Part shown: positions 46,161 to 56,051 of the stretch, piece after piece
How the letters are laid out: each line of letters starts with the position of its first letter
How positions within the stretch are numbered: position 1 is the stretch's first letter
Source of the DNA: an uncultured Spirochaetota bacterium
GTDB taxonomy: Bacteria > Spirochaetota > Spirochaetia > SZUA-6 > Fen-1364
NCBI GenBank assembly: GCA_963845535.1
Contig: CAWJSK010000004.1
Location: 64,001-128,000, forward strand
DNA length: 64,000 nucleotides
Direction: 5' to 3'
Position numbers and translations under genes: made by a program
The notes under the pieces: model-generated
The model's input: the letters and a program-made list of their open reading frames with translations, nothing else
Database searches by the model: none
What the model was told of the DNA's origin: nothing

Positions 46161-48992
46161 ATGGAAGAGCAATCGTTCGAAGCCCGTGTCGCGGCGCTCG
46201 CGGACGCACTGAGGCGCGCCTCACCCCGGGAATCCTCGACGGGCATCGCTCGAACGGGAAAGGGAGATCCGTTGGATCTCCTTGCGGAGGCGATTGAGGA
46301 CTTCCTCAGGCGTTCGCAGGAGAGCGTCAGGGCGTTCCAGACCGCGCAGGAAGCCCTGCTCAAACCGCAGAGCTCGGGGGAACCAGTTGTGCGGATGCAA
46401 GCCCTCATGGAGGCCCTCGAGGAAAACATACCCGACACCATTTACTTTAAGGATACCGAGGGCCGCTTCATTCACGTCAGCAAGGCCCATCTGCGGGCGT
46501 TCAAGCTCACCGACAAGAAATCGGCAATCGGCCGGACGGATTTCGATTTGTTCACGGAGGAGCACGCGCGGGCGGCGTTCGAAGACGAGCAGCGGATCAT
46601 GCGCACCGGCGAGCCCATCATCAACAAAGAGGAAAAAGAGACGTGGCTGAACCATCCCCCCACGTGGGCCCTGACGACGAAAATGCCCCTGCGCGACCCG
46701 CAGGGGAACGTCATTGGGACGTTCGGCATCTCCCACGACATCACGGAGCGCAAGCAGGCGGAAGAAGCACTGCGCAAGAGCGAGGAACGCTACCGCCTGC
46801 TTTTCAACAGCATCAACGACGCGGCGTTCGTGCACGAGATTACCCCTGACGGGTTGGCCACGCGGATCACCGAAATGAACGACATCGCGTGCCAGTGGCT
46901 TGGCTACTCCCGCGACGAGCTTCTCCACATGGGGTTCCGCCAGGTCATCCCGCCGGAGACAGCGCTCATCGCCCAAGAAATGCTCATCCGATTGAAATCG
47001 CACAAGCACTCTGTGTGGGAAGGCGCCCTCCTCAGCAAAGCGGGCCTGCGGATCCCCGTGGAAATCAGCAACCACCTTTTCGAAATGGACGGAAAGCCCA
47101 CCATTCTTTCCACCATCAGGGACATCACCAGCCGCAAGAAGCTCGAAGAGAACCTGGAAAGGGAGAAGGCGCTGCTCCTGACCCTGATCGACAGTGTGCC
47201 TGATTACATCTCGATCAAGGACACGCAGAGTCGCGTCCTGGTCACGAACACGGCAAATGCCCGTGTCATGGGCCTGGAAAGCACTACGGAGGCCATCGGG
47301 AAGTCCGACCTGGACTTCTACCCCGGTCCCGAGGCGGCGCAGTACATGGCGGACGAGCGGATGATATTGCAGACGGGAGCGGCCCTGTTCAACAAGGAAG
47401 AGCTGTCGTCGGACAGGAAAGGCCACGCACGCTGGACGCTGACCACGAAGGTCCCCCTTCGGGACGCGCAGGGGAAGGTGATTGGAGTGGTCTGTGCGGG
47501 TCGGGACATCACTGAGCGCAAGCAGACGGAGCAGCGCATCCAGGACCTTGCCCGTTTCCCCGATGAAAATCCGAACCCCGTCATGCGCGTGTCCCTCGAC
47601 GGGTCCATCCTGTACGCGAATCCTTCAGCTCGGTCTCTCCTGTCATCGTGGGCAGGGCGGCCGGGCGGGCCAATGCCCCCTGAGTCCGTGCGGGAGCTGC
47701 GGGGGGCCTGGGCATCCGGTGAAAAACGCGTCGTCGAAGCGCATGAAGGAAAAAACGTCTTCCTCTTGACCATCACGCCCATAGGGATCCGCGGATACAT
47801 CAATATCTACGGAAGGGACGTCACGGAGGAAAGATCGCTGGCGGAGAAGTTCCTCCAGTCGCAAAAGATGGAAGCCGTCGGCCGTCTTGCCGGCGGAATT
47901 GCCCACGACTTCAACAACCTCCTCACCGTCATTGGAGGCTATTGCGACCTTCTGCTGGAAGAGCTGACCGCGGGAAGCAGGGTGAAGGCCCAGGTGGATG
48001 AGATCGCCAGGGCGGCAAAGCAGGCGGCAACGCTCACGAGACAGCTTCTGGCGTTCAGCAGGAAACAGTTCCTCGTGCCCCAGGTGGTCAGCGCGAACGA
48101 GCTGCTGAAAGCCGTTGAAAACATCCTCGCCCGCCTGGTGGGTGAAGATATCGAGCTGAGGACGTTCCTCCACCCCGAGGCGGGCAACATAACAGTGGAC
48201 CCCGGACAGATCGAGCAGGTGCTGATGAACCTCGTCGTGAACGCGCGGGACGCAATGCCCGAGGGCGGCAAGCTCACCATCGAAACCTCCCATCGAGTCC
48301 TGGATGGCGGCTATGCGGCGGAGCACCCGGGCGTGAAGCCGGGCGAGTACGTGCGGATTGCCGTCAGCGACACCGGTCACGGGATGGACCGGGAGGTCCT
48401 TGCCCACATCTTCGAGCCGTTCTTCACCACGAAGGAACAAGGCAAAGGGACCGGGCTCGGGCTTTCCACGGTCTATGGGATCGTCAAGCAAAGCGGCGGC
48501 TCCATCACCTGCTACAGCGAGCCGGACAAGGGAACCACCTTCACGATTTACCTTCCGCGCGCCACTCAGGCAAGCGTGCAGGTCAGCCCCGGCGCCGCGC
48601 CGACCACCGATGTGCGAGGCACGGAGATGGTCCTCCTCGTGGAGGACGAGGAGTCGGTGCGGCATTTCATGAAGACGGTGCTGGAGAACAACGGCTACAC
48701 GGTCATCGCGGCCTCCGGTGGCAGGGAAGCCCAGGCGGCCATCGAGTCCCGCAAATGCAACGTCAGCCTCGTGGTGACGGACGTGGTGATGCCCCAGATG
48801 AACGGCAAAGAGCTTGCCGAGAAGCTCCGGGTGAGATGCCCGAGGGTGAAAGCCCTGTTCATCTCGGGGTACACGGGAAACGCAATTGAGCACCATGGCC
48901 TGCTCGAGCCGGGCATCGACTTCATGCAGAAGCCGTTCACCTCACAGGAGTTCCTGGGGAAGGTCCGCGAAATCCTGAACAGGCCGCGCTGA
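46161..48992 (+). CDS. Cytoplasmic multi-PAS hybrid histidine kinase/receiver (CckA-like)
   Basis: Four PAS repeats; [25 protein letters not shown] and GLGLS; receiver LVEDE..TDVVMP..KPF. Real start at ATG 46161. Confidence 0.93.
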   Translation: MEEQSFEARVAALADALRRASPRESSTGIARTGKGDPLDLLAEAIEDFLRRSQESVRAFQTAQEALLKPQSSGEPVVRMQALMEALEENIPDTIYFKDTEGRFIHVSKAHLRAFKLTDKKSAIGRTDFDLFTEEHARAAFEDEQRIMRTGEPIINKEEKETWLNHPPTWALTTKMPLRDPQGNVIGTFGISHDITERKQAEEALRKSEERYRLLFNSINDAAFVHEITPDGLATRITEMNDIACQWLGYSRDELLHMGFRQVIPPETALIAQEMLIRLKSHKHSVWEGALLSKAGLRIPVEISNHLFEMDGKPTILSTIRDITSRKKLEENLEREKALLLTLIDSVPDYISIKDTQSRVLVTNTANARVMGLESTTEAIGKSDLDFYPGPEAAQYMADERMILQTGAALFNKEELSSDRKGHARWTLTTKVPLRDAQGKVIGVVCAGRDITERKQTEQRIQDLARFPDENPNPVMRVSLDGSILYANPSARSLLSSWAGRPGGPMPPESVRELRGAWASGEKRVVEAHEGKNVFLLTITPIGIRGYINIYGRDVTEERSLAEKFLQSQKMEAVGRLAGGIAHDFNNLLTVIGGYCDLLLEELTAGSRVKAQVDEIARAAKQAATLTRQLLAFSRKQFLVPQVVSANELLKAVENILARLVGEDIELRTFLHPEAGNITVDPGQIEQVLMNLVVNARDAMPEGGKLTIETSHRVLDGGYAAEHPGVKPGEYVRIAVSDTGHGMDREVLAHIFEPFFTTKEQGKGTGLGLSTVYGIVKQSGGSITCYSEPDKGTTFTIYLPRATQASVQVSPGAAPTTDVRGTEMVLLVEDEESVRHFMKTVLENNGYTVIAASGGREAQAAIESRKCNVSLVVTDVVMPQMNGKELAEKLRVRCPRVKALFISGYTGNAIEHHGLLEPGIDFMQKPFTSQEFLGKVREILNRPR

Positions 48993-51095
48993 GGGTGGGT
49001 CTGTCTCCCCGGTCACCAGGCCGGCGTTCTTCTCAGCTATCTTGAACTGCACCACCAGCCGCCGCAGGTCCTGGGCCATCCCCAGGAGGCGCTCCGTTGA
49101 CGCGGACATCTGCTCAGCCCCCGAGGCCGTGCTCTGCGTCACCTCATTGATCCCTTCAATGGTCTGCGACATCTGGCGCGCATTCGTGGTCTGTTCCTCC
49201 GTGGATGCGGATATGTTCTGGCTCATCTCGGCGACGTTCGAGAGCGACTTCGCCAGCTCCTTGATGGCTCCCACCTGTGTCCCCATCGACTCGGTGACCT
49301 TCGCGATCATCGCGTTGACCCTTTGGGAAGCGTCGCGGATCTGCTGCATGGCCTTCTCCGAGCTCTGCGCCGTCTCGACCCCCTTGGTGACGTTCCTGAT
49401 GCTTTCCTTGATCAGAGAATCGATCTCCCGCGTGGAGGAAGAGCTCCTGTCAGCCAGCTTGCTCACTTCCGCGGCCACGACGGCGAACCCTCGTCCGTGC
49501 TCTCCTGCGCGGGCAGCCTCGATGGAAGCGTTGAGCGCGAGGAGGTTCGTCTGGTCAGCGATGTCGGAGATCACCGTGAGGATTCCCGCGATCCTTTCCG
49601 AACCCCGGGCAATGGTGTTGATGCCTTCCACGACGGACTGGACCGCCAGCGAGCCGGCGGCGGCGCTTTCTACGGATTCTTTTGCAAGCGCCGATATCTC
49701 CTCAAGGCTCGTCGAGACCACCTCCACGGTGCCAAGGGCCTGGTTCATCGAGCTTGCCCCCTGCTCTGCGGCCGCGGCCTGGGATTGCGCGTGCTCGGCC
49801 ACCTGTTCGACTGATGCGGACAGCTCTTCCATGGATGCGCTTGTCTTCTCGATGTTCGAGGCCTGGCTCTGGGCCCCCTCCGAAAGCTTCAGGGCGCTGC
49901 CTGAGATTTGCGAGCTGGAAGCAGCAAGCTCCTCGGCGTCCTGCTGGACAACGGCGACCATCTGGGAAAGCTTCACCGACATCCCGTTCAGGGCTTCGGC
50001 GAGCTCCCCGACTTCGTTGCGTCCCCTGATGGGCAATTGACGGGTGAAATCCCCCGACGCCACTGTCTGGGCAAAAGCCACTGCCTTGGACAAGGGCACG
50101 GTGATGGAACGGGCGAACAGCAGGTACAGCACGAAGGAAAGGACGAGGGCAGCGGCGGCAACCACGATCAGGATGAGCTGGATGTCGCTGATGGGGGCAA
50201 GGTACTCGCTGGTGGGAAGTGTGAGGATGACGATCCAGCTGGTTTCATTCACGGAGGCAAACGCGGCTTCCCGGGGCACCTTCTTGAAGACGTAGTGGGA
50301 AACGCCGCTCTTCACCTTTCCAATGTCATTCGCGAGGTCTCCTTCCGTCTCGAGGATGTTCATGTTCATGATGAGATCGGGATCCACGTGCGCAATGATC
50401 ATCCCCGCGCTGTCCACCACGGCCACGTAGCCGGTCCGCCCGACACGATCTCCGGCAACGATGTTCCCGAGGAAATCGATGCGCAACGTGAGAACAACGG
50501 CGCCCACGATATTCGCGCCCACATGGATCGGAACGGCGATAGGAGTCACCGGCTTGCCGGTGAGCTTGCTGAGAACGACGGATCCCATGCTCGTCCGGCC
50601 TGCCATGGCTTCCTTAAAATATCCCGTAGAGCCGATGTTCGCTTCCGAAGCGCCTGGGCCCTCGGAAGACAGCAGGTTGCCGCGGCTGTCGGCCAGGCTG
50701 ATGGATTCATAGGCGCCATCAAGCTGCTTGACGCCCTCCAGCAGGGACAGCGCCTCGGCGGCCGGCGGAGTTTCGGGCCTGGCTTGCCCCTTGCCCGCGC
50801 GGCCCGCTCCCGTGCCGGCTGCGGCCGTGGGGCCCTGGTTTCCGCTTGCGGCCGCCGCCGCGACGATCACCGGGTTGTTCGCGAGGCTGAGGGCGAGCTT
50901 CAATTCCTCGGAATACATCCCGTCAATGGTCCTGGAGATTTCCTGCGCCCGGCTGACAAGCTGTTGATCGTTCAACGACTCAAGGGCCAGGCTCGCGCGG
51001 TTCTCGACGATGATCGCCACGACAATCAGAGGGATTGCAATGATGAGCGTTCCGACGAGGATCAGCTTCCCGCCGATTTTCATGTTCTTGAGCAT
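48942..51095 (-). CDS. Methyl-accepting chemotaxis protein (dCache-HAMP-MA)
   Basis: Two TM, Cache motifs, HAMP ([12 protein letters not shown]) and [30 protein letters not shown]. Confidence 0.95.
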   Translation of the reverse strand: MLKNMKIGGKLILVGTLIIAIPLIVVAIIVENRASLALESLNDQQLVSRAQEISRTIDGMYSEELKLALSLANNPVIVAAAAASGNQGPTAAAGTGAGRAGKGQARPETPPAAEALSLLEGVKQLDGAYESISLADSRGNLLSSEGPGASEANIGSTGYFKEAMAGRTSMGSVVLSKLTGKPVTPIAVPIHVGANIVGAVVLTLRIDFLGNIVAGDRVGRTGYVAVVDSAGMIIAHVDPDLIMNMNILETEGDLANDIGKVKSGVSHYVFKKVPREAAFASVNETSWIVILTLPTSEYLAPISDIQLILIVVAAAALVLSFVLYLLFARSITVPLSKAVAFAQTVASGDFTRQLPIRGRNEVGELAEALNGMSVKLSQMVAVVQQDAEELAASSSQISGSALKLSEGAQSQASNIEKTSASMEELSASVEQVAEHAQSQAAAAEQGASSMNQALGTVEVVSTSLEEISALAKESVESAAAGSLAVQSVVEGINTIARGSERIAGILTVISDIADQTNLLALNASIEAARAGEHGRGFAVVAAEVSKLADRSSSSTREIDSLIKESIRNVTKGVETAQSSEKAMQQIRDASQRVNAMIAKVTESMGTQVGAIKELAKSLSNVAEMSQNISASTEEQTTNARQMSQTIEGINEVTQSTASGAEQMSASTERLLGMAQDLRRLVVQFKIAEKNAGLVTGETDPPSARPVQDFADLPQELL

Positions 51096-51239
51096 GCTTC
51101 ACCTCCAGACCCGGGTTTCAAACCAACTATTGGTGATGAGCGACGGCCTAAGATCAGGACGAGATCTCATCATAACACATTATTAACATAATCGGGAGCC
51201 TTCCCTTCGAGCTCCAAATGCAATACTCTGGCGCGCAGC

Positions 51240-52226
51240 ATGAGCGGTTCAACCGGTCGAAACCCCCTCCGAGCGCCCGGCGGCTTCACCGTCCTGTTCC
51301 TCTGCATTGCGCTTCTTGTTTCGGTGAGCATTGGCCATTCCGCCGTCCGTGACGTGGTTCGCATCCGGATCCTGGCGCCGCAGACCACCTCGACGCTGCC
51401 GTTCCTTCAGATGGCGCAGGAACATGCGCTGGCGGACGTGGACATCCAGGTCGAGCTGTTCGCCAACCATGCACAGGCGCTCGCCCTTCTCCTTCGGGGA
51501 GACGCGGACCTGCTCTTGAGCGGCACGAGCCAGGGCTGGGAGAACAGGCTTGACGGCAGCCCCATCGTCATGATCGACACGGGAGTATGGGGGCTCGCGT
51601 CCCTTGTGGGCAGGGACCCCTCCATCAAGGGCTTCAAGGACCTCAAAGGCAAACGGCTGGCCCTTCCGTTCCCCGGATCACCCCTGGATTTCCAGACCCG
51701 CGCTCTTCTGTCCCACGAGGGGATTGATCCCGACAAGGACCTTTCCATCAGCTATGGACCGTTTCCGCAGAGTGTTGCGCGCCTGATTTCCCGACAGATC
51801 GACGCTGCCGCCCTCCCGGAGCCGCTTGCCACCTCAGTGGTGGGGAAAAACGGCCTTCTTCGCCTCAGCGAGTATTCGCGTGCGTGGGCGGCGGTGAACG
51901 GCGGAGACGGCCGCTCCCCGCAGGTGAGCCTCTTCGCCACCGAAGCCTTCGTCGCCTCTCATCGATCCCTTCTCCTCAACCTCGTGGAGGCTTGGAGGGA
52001 GTCCAGCCGCGGGATTTCCTCCAACCCCGCCGCCGCGGCCCGCGCCTTCGCCACGGCGCTCGACCTGTCACCGGGCGTCCTGGAAGAAGCCGCGCGTCGG
52101 ACGCTTTTTGACGTGCCCGACCTGGAAGAGAACGAGTCTCGCGTGCTCGACTACTACCGCCAGGTGGCGCCGTTTTTCCCCGCGGACAAACGGACGCTGG
52201 ATGCGCAATTCTTCTTTGTTCCGTAG
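51240..52226 (+). CDS. NitT/TauT (SsuA/NMT1-like) ABC substrate-binding protein
   Basis: Signal peptide; DLKGKRLALP, GSPLD and IDAAALPEP. Confidence 0.85.
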   Translation: MSGSTGRNPLRAPGGFTVLFLCIALLVSVSIGHSAVRDVVRIRILAPQTTSTLPFLQMAQEHALADVDIQVELFANHAQALALLLRGDADLLLSGTSQGWENRLDGSPIVMIDTGVWGLASLVGRDPSIKGFKDLKGKRLALPFPGSPLDFQTRALLSHEGIDPDKDLSISYGPFPQSVARLISRQIDAAALPEPLATSVVGKNGLLRLSEYSRAWAAVNGGDGRSPQVSLFATEAFVASHRSLLLNLVEAWRESSRGISSNPAAAARAFATALDLSPGVLEEAARRTLFDVPDLEENESRVLDYYRQVAPFFPADKRTLDAQFFFVP

Positions 52227-53706
52227 GTCCTCGCATCCTCTCGCGGCATCCGCTGGCGTGGGCGGCTTGCTCGCGGCGTGGGCGGCCGCGAGCCTGGCGG
52301 CCGGCTCGTACTTCATCCCCGCCCCGTGGACCTCAGCCGCAGATACGGTTCTCCTCCTTGCCGGCCGTTTCACGTGGGTGCAGATCCTCATCACGCTCGG
52401 CAGGGTCGGCATCGGCTTTTGCATTGGCTTCACCGCGGGCCTGGCCGTGGGCCTCGCCTCCGGCAGCCGTCCGAGCCTGGGGGCGTTCTTTCGGCCCATC
52501 GTGCAGTTCTTCCAGGGCATGCCGCCGCTTCTGTGGGCAATCCCGCTCGTTGCCTTGATGGGAATCGGCCATCTTCCGGCAATCACGGTGATCAGCCTCA
52601 TTACGTTCCCGCTCGTTGCGGTCACCGTTGGGGAAGGCATGACCACGCTGCCCCGATCCTACCGGGAAATGCTTTCCGTTTTCGCCCCCGGGTTTCTCCC
52701 GCGGATGAGAGAGCTGGTCCTGCCGCACCTGCGCCCCTTTCTGGCGGCTTCGGTGAAAGCGGGGCTTGTCCTGGCGGTCAAGGCGTCCGTCACGGCGGAA
52801 TACTTCGGCGCCAACAACGGCATCGGCTTTCAGATCCAGTCCGCGTACATGGCGCTTCGGATTCGGAGCCTCTTCGCCTGGGCCATCATCCTCATCCTGG
52901 TGATCATCGCCTTCCCATACATCCTGCGGCTTGTCGGGCAATTCTGGCTCCTTGCAAACCGGTTCGCCGGCGGACGGCGTCCGATGATACGGCTGAGCCC
53001 TCCGGCGGAGAAAGAGCAGCTCAGCGGGAGGCGTTTGCCGGCGCAGTGGATTCGGCTGCGGCGGGTCGCCTTCTCCTGGAGAGATAGCGGCGCGCTGCTT
53101 GAAGATGTCAGCCTCGACGTCCAGCCGGGCGAGATCGCGGTGATCAGCGGTGATTCCGGCATCGGCAAAACCACGCTTCTTCTCCTGATAGCCGGGCTGC
53201 TGACCCCGGAAAGCGGCTCGGTATCCCGCCCCGCGAGAATAGGGTTCGTGTTCCAGGACGACAGGCTCCTGCCCTGGAGAAGCGTGATTGAGAATACGGC
53301 TCTTCCTCTCCGCTACTCTGGGCATCACCGCGACGAGGCGCGCGGGATGGCGCGGACACTCCTGACGGAGGTCGGGCTGGCGGAGGCGGAAGAAAAGAGG
53401 CCCGGGGAGCTTTCGGGTGGAATGAAAAAGCGCGCTGCCCTTGCCCGTTGCTTTGCCAGGGCCCCTGATGTAATCCTCATGGATGAGCCTTTCAGCGGGC
53501 TTCACGCCGAGGCCAGAAGAAGCCTCTGGGCCCTTTTCCTGCGGCTTCTTTCGCGTCACCCCGTCCCGGCCGTTATCGTGACGCACCACCCGCGCGAGCT
53601 GGAAGGGGCTGCAGAGCGCGCTGTCTACAGGCTCACGGGAAAGCCCGCGCGCCTTGCGCGCGCGCGTGACACCCGCGGTCGGAGCGCGCGATTGAGAAAG
53701 GAGTGA
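52201..53706 (+). CDS. Fused NitT/TauT ABC permease + ATP-binding protein
   Basis: N-terminal TM domain (ITLGRV, PPLLW, AEYFGANNGIG) in frame with GDSGIGKTT, FQDDRLLPW, LSGGMKKR and LMDEPF. Confidence 0.85.
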   Translation: MRNSSLFRRSSHPLAASAGVGGLLAAWAAASLAAGSYFIPAPWTSAADTVLLLAGRFTWVQILITLGRVGIGFCIGFTAGLAVGLASGSRPSLGAFFRPIVQFFQGMPPLLWAIPLVALMGIGHLPAITVISLITFPLVAVTVGEGMTTLPRSYREMLSVFAPGFLPRMRELVLPHLRPFLAASVKAGLVLAVKASVTAEYFGANNGIGFQIQSAYMALRIRSLFAWAIILILVIIAFPYILRLVGQFWLLANRFAGGRRPMIRLSPPAEKEQLSGRRLPAQWIRLRRVAFSWRDSGALLEDVSLDVQPGEIAVISGDSGIGKTTLLLLIAGLLTPESGSVSRPARIGFVFQDDRLLPWRSVIENTALPLRYSGHHRDEARGMARTLLTEVGLAEAEEKRPGELSGGMKKRAALARCFARAPDVILMDEPFSGLHAEARRSLWALFLRLLSRHPVPAVIVTHHPRELEGAAERAVYRLTGKPARLARARDTRGRSARLRKE

Positions 53707-53710
53707 CGAG

Positions 53711-54424
53711 ATGACGGAAAATGACAAGGCACGGTTCGAGCTGATCTACAGCAGGCACGCGGAGGAATACCACGAGCTGGTGGCGGCGGAGGACTGGCAA
53801 GGGAACCTTCCCCGAGCCCTGGCGGAGATCACGAGATTTGACGGAAAGACCGTCATAGAGTTGGGGGCCGGCACGGGACGGGTCACGATGATTCTGGCTC
53901 CGTGGGCGAAAAAAGTCCTCGCTTTCGACGCCTCCCGGCACATGCTGGACAAAGCGGCATCCAACGCGCAGAGCCGTGGCCTCGCCAACGTCACCCTTGC
54001 CGTTGCGGACAGCAGGAGCGTCCCCTTGCCGGATGCGAGCGCGGAGATCGTGATCGAGGGATGGAGCTTCGGACATGCCATTTCTTCCGAACAGGGCCAT
54101 TGGCGAAACGCGGCTGATGCGCTGATTTCAGAGAGCACTCGACTTCTGAAGCCAGGCGGCACGCTCATCATTCTGGAGACGCTGGGCACGGGATTTCGCA
54201 TGCCGGCGGCGCCCGGGTCCGTCCTTCCCCTGTTCTACGGATACCTGGAAAAGCAGCTTGGGTTTGCGACCCGGTGGGTCCGCACCGATTATCGTTTCCC
54301 TTCCCTCGCTGAGGCCAGACGGCTCGTGGAGCTCTTCTTCGGCCAGATGGTGGACTATGATCTTGTGGCAGGACGGCAGGTGATCGTTCCCGAGTGCACG
54401 GGGATATGGTGGAAAGCACGTTGA
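53711..54424 (+). CDS. Class I SAM-dependent methyltransferase
   Basis: IELGAGTGR, FDASRHML and LKPGGTLII; RBS AAGGAG. Confidence 0.9.
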   Translation: MTENDKARFELIYSRHAEEYHELVAAEDWQGNLPRALAEITRFDGKTVIELGAGTGRVTMILAPWAKKVLAFDASRHMLDKAASNAQSRGLANVTLAVADSRSVPLPDASAEIVIEGWSFGHAISSEQGHWRNAADALISESTRLLKPGGTLIILETLGTGFRMPAAPGSVLPLFYGYLEKQLGFATRWVRTDYRFPSLAEARRLVELFFGQMVDYDLVAGRQVIVPECTGIWWKAR

Positions 54425-54504
54425 CGGCGCCCGCCCCGTGAGAGAGAATGTGCGCAGAACGTGTCCTTGAGAGAATGTCCCCTTGAAAATGAAAGGATGG
54501 AAAA

Positions 54505-54918
54505 ATGAGCAGGTCGATCGAACAGGAAAACTCGTTCCTTCAGGTTCTTCTGAAGCTGATCCCCAGCGAGGTGATTGCCGTTTTCATCTTCATCCAGGGA
54601 GTAATGCCTGCCGAGCTCCTGCCGCACCTCGTGGTGGCCGTGCTGCTTGTTGCCATCACGCCCGTATACCTGAACCGGGCTTCCGGCGTGACCTCCCGGG
54701 CCCAGCTCATCGTTTCGACTCTTTCCCTGGTTGTCTGGATCTATGCCATAGGCACCGGCCCGCTGCGCTTCATCAGGCCGCCCTACTATGAACCATGGCA
54801 TGGCGCGGTTGCCCTGGCCGTATGGACCCTGGTCCCGCCCATCTTCCTCACCCCGGGCGAGGCGCCGAACGCGCTGCGGAAGAGAGCGCCCGCGCCACGC
54901 GCTCGAGCGCGTCGCTGA
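54505..54918 (+). CDS. Hypothetical four-TM membrane protein
   Basis: LLKLIPSEVIA followed by four hydrophobic segments; RBS-like AAGGATGG. Confidence 0.7.
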   Translation: MSRSIEQENSFLQVLLKLIPSEVIAVFIFIQGVMPAELLPHLVVAVLLVAITPVYLNRASGVTSRAQLIVSTLSLVVWIYAIGTGPLRFIRPPYYEPWHGAVALAVWTLVPPIFLTPGEAPNALRKRAPAPRARARR

Positions 54919-56050
54919 GGATTGCGCGCGGGCAGGCAACGTTCAGGCGCTGGAAGCCCTGCCCTCCCCGGCCGAACTTGCGCCCTTCGTCCAGCCACAC
55001 CCCTCCCGTGCGCCGCAGCCTGTCCAGAAGCTCGTCATCGGTGAGCCCCAGGCCTCTCAGGTCCATGAGCGGCAGGTACGTTCCTTCCAAGGGAAGGACG
55101 CGTACGGTTGGAAGCCGCTCTTCGAGGAAAGAAACGGTAAACCGATAGTTCGCCTCCACATATGCAAGAAGCTCGTCGAGCCAGCTCTCCCCTTCGCGCC
55201 ATGCCGCCTCCGAGGCGGTGGCAGCGAAGGCGTTCGCCAGACCGGCAAAAACGGCGTGCTGCGTTGCATCCAGGCGCTTTCGAAGCTCAAGGCTCTCCGC
55301 GATGGCAATGGACCCGCCGAGTCCCGCGATGTTGAAAGTCTTGGTTGCAGCCACGAGCGTCACCGTGGCTTGCGAGACTTCCCGGGAAAGGGAGGCAATG
55401 GGGACGTGCTTGAAACCGGGCATGATGAGATCGAAATGAATCTCGTCGGAGACGATGATGATGCCCTTCCTGACACAGATCCCCGCCAGCCGCTCCAGCT
55501 CCTGGCGCCTCCAGACCCTGCCGACCGGGTTGTGAGGGCTGCAGAGGATCAGCATGCGCGTGCCCGCGTCGATGACCTTTTCCAGCCCCTCGAAATCGAT
55601 CTCCCACCGAGTGCCCGAGAGGACGAGCGGGTTCTCCACCACGCGCCTGCCGTTGCCCGTGATGCGCATGGCAAAAGGGTGGTAGACAGGGGGCTGAATG
55701 ATGATCCCGTCACCGGGCGACGTGAAAGCAAGGATGGCCGCGGAAAGGCAGGGGATGACGCCAGGGGAAGCAAGCATCCAGTCGCGTTCCACGTTCCATG
55801 TGTGTCGCTTCCTCATCCACTGCCGGGCGGCCTGAAAGTACGACTCAGGCTCCACGGTATACCCGTAGATGCCATGCTCGAGCCGGCGGGCCATGGGCTC
55901 CCGGATTTCCGGAGGGGCCTCGAAATCCATGTCCGCGACCCACAGCGGGAGGAGCCCGTCCATGCCGGTCAGCCTCACGCTCGAGTCCCACTTGAGAGAG
56001 GCTGTTCCGCGCCTCTCGATGATGCGGTCGAAATTGTAACGCGCGCTCAT
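54848..56050 (-). CDS. MalY/PatB-family PLP-dependent C-S lyase (cystathionine beta-lyase)
   Basis: LPLWVADMDF, LCSPHNPVGRVW, SDEIH, TKTFNIAG and RLNVACPR. Confidence 0.93.
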   Translation of the reverse strand: MSARYNFDRIIERRGTASLKWDSSVRLTGMDGLLPLWVADMDFEAPPEIREPMARRLEHGIYGYTVEPESYFQAARQWMRKRHTWNVERDWMLASPGVIPCLSAAILAFTSPGDGIIIQPPVYHPFAMRITGNGRRVVENPLVLSGTRWEIDFEGLEKVIDAGTRMLILCSPHNPVGRVWRRQELERLAGICVRKGIIIVSDEIHFDLIMPGFKHVPIASLSREVSQATVTLVAATKTFNIAGLGGSIAIAESLELRKRLDATQHAVFAGLANAFAATASEAAWREGESWLDELLAYVEANYRFTVSFLEERLPTVRVLPLEGTYLPLMDLRGLGLTDDELLDRLRRTGGVWLDEGRKFGRGGQGFQRLNVACPRAILSDALERVARALSSAARSAPRPG

Positions 56051-56051
56051 A

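Noticed and set aside
48942..48992. 51-bp convergent overlap of the kinase and MCP 3' ends (also 54848-54918)
   Set aside because: Short tail-to-tail overlaps are common in GC-rich genomes, and nothing indicates a dedicated antisense mechanism.
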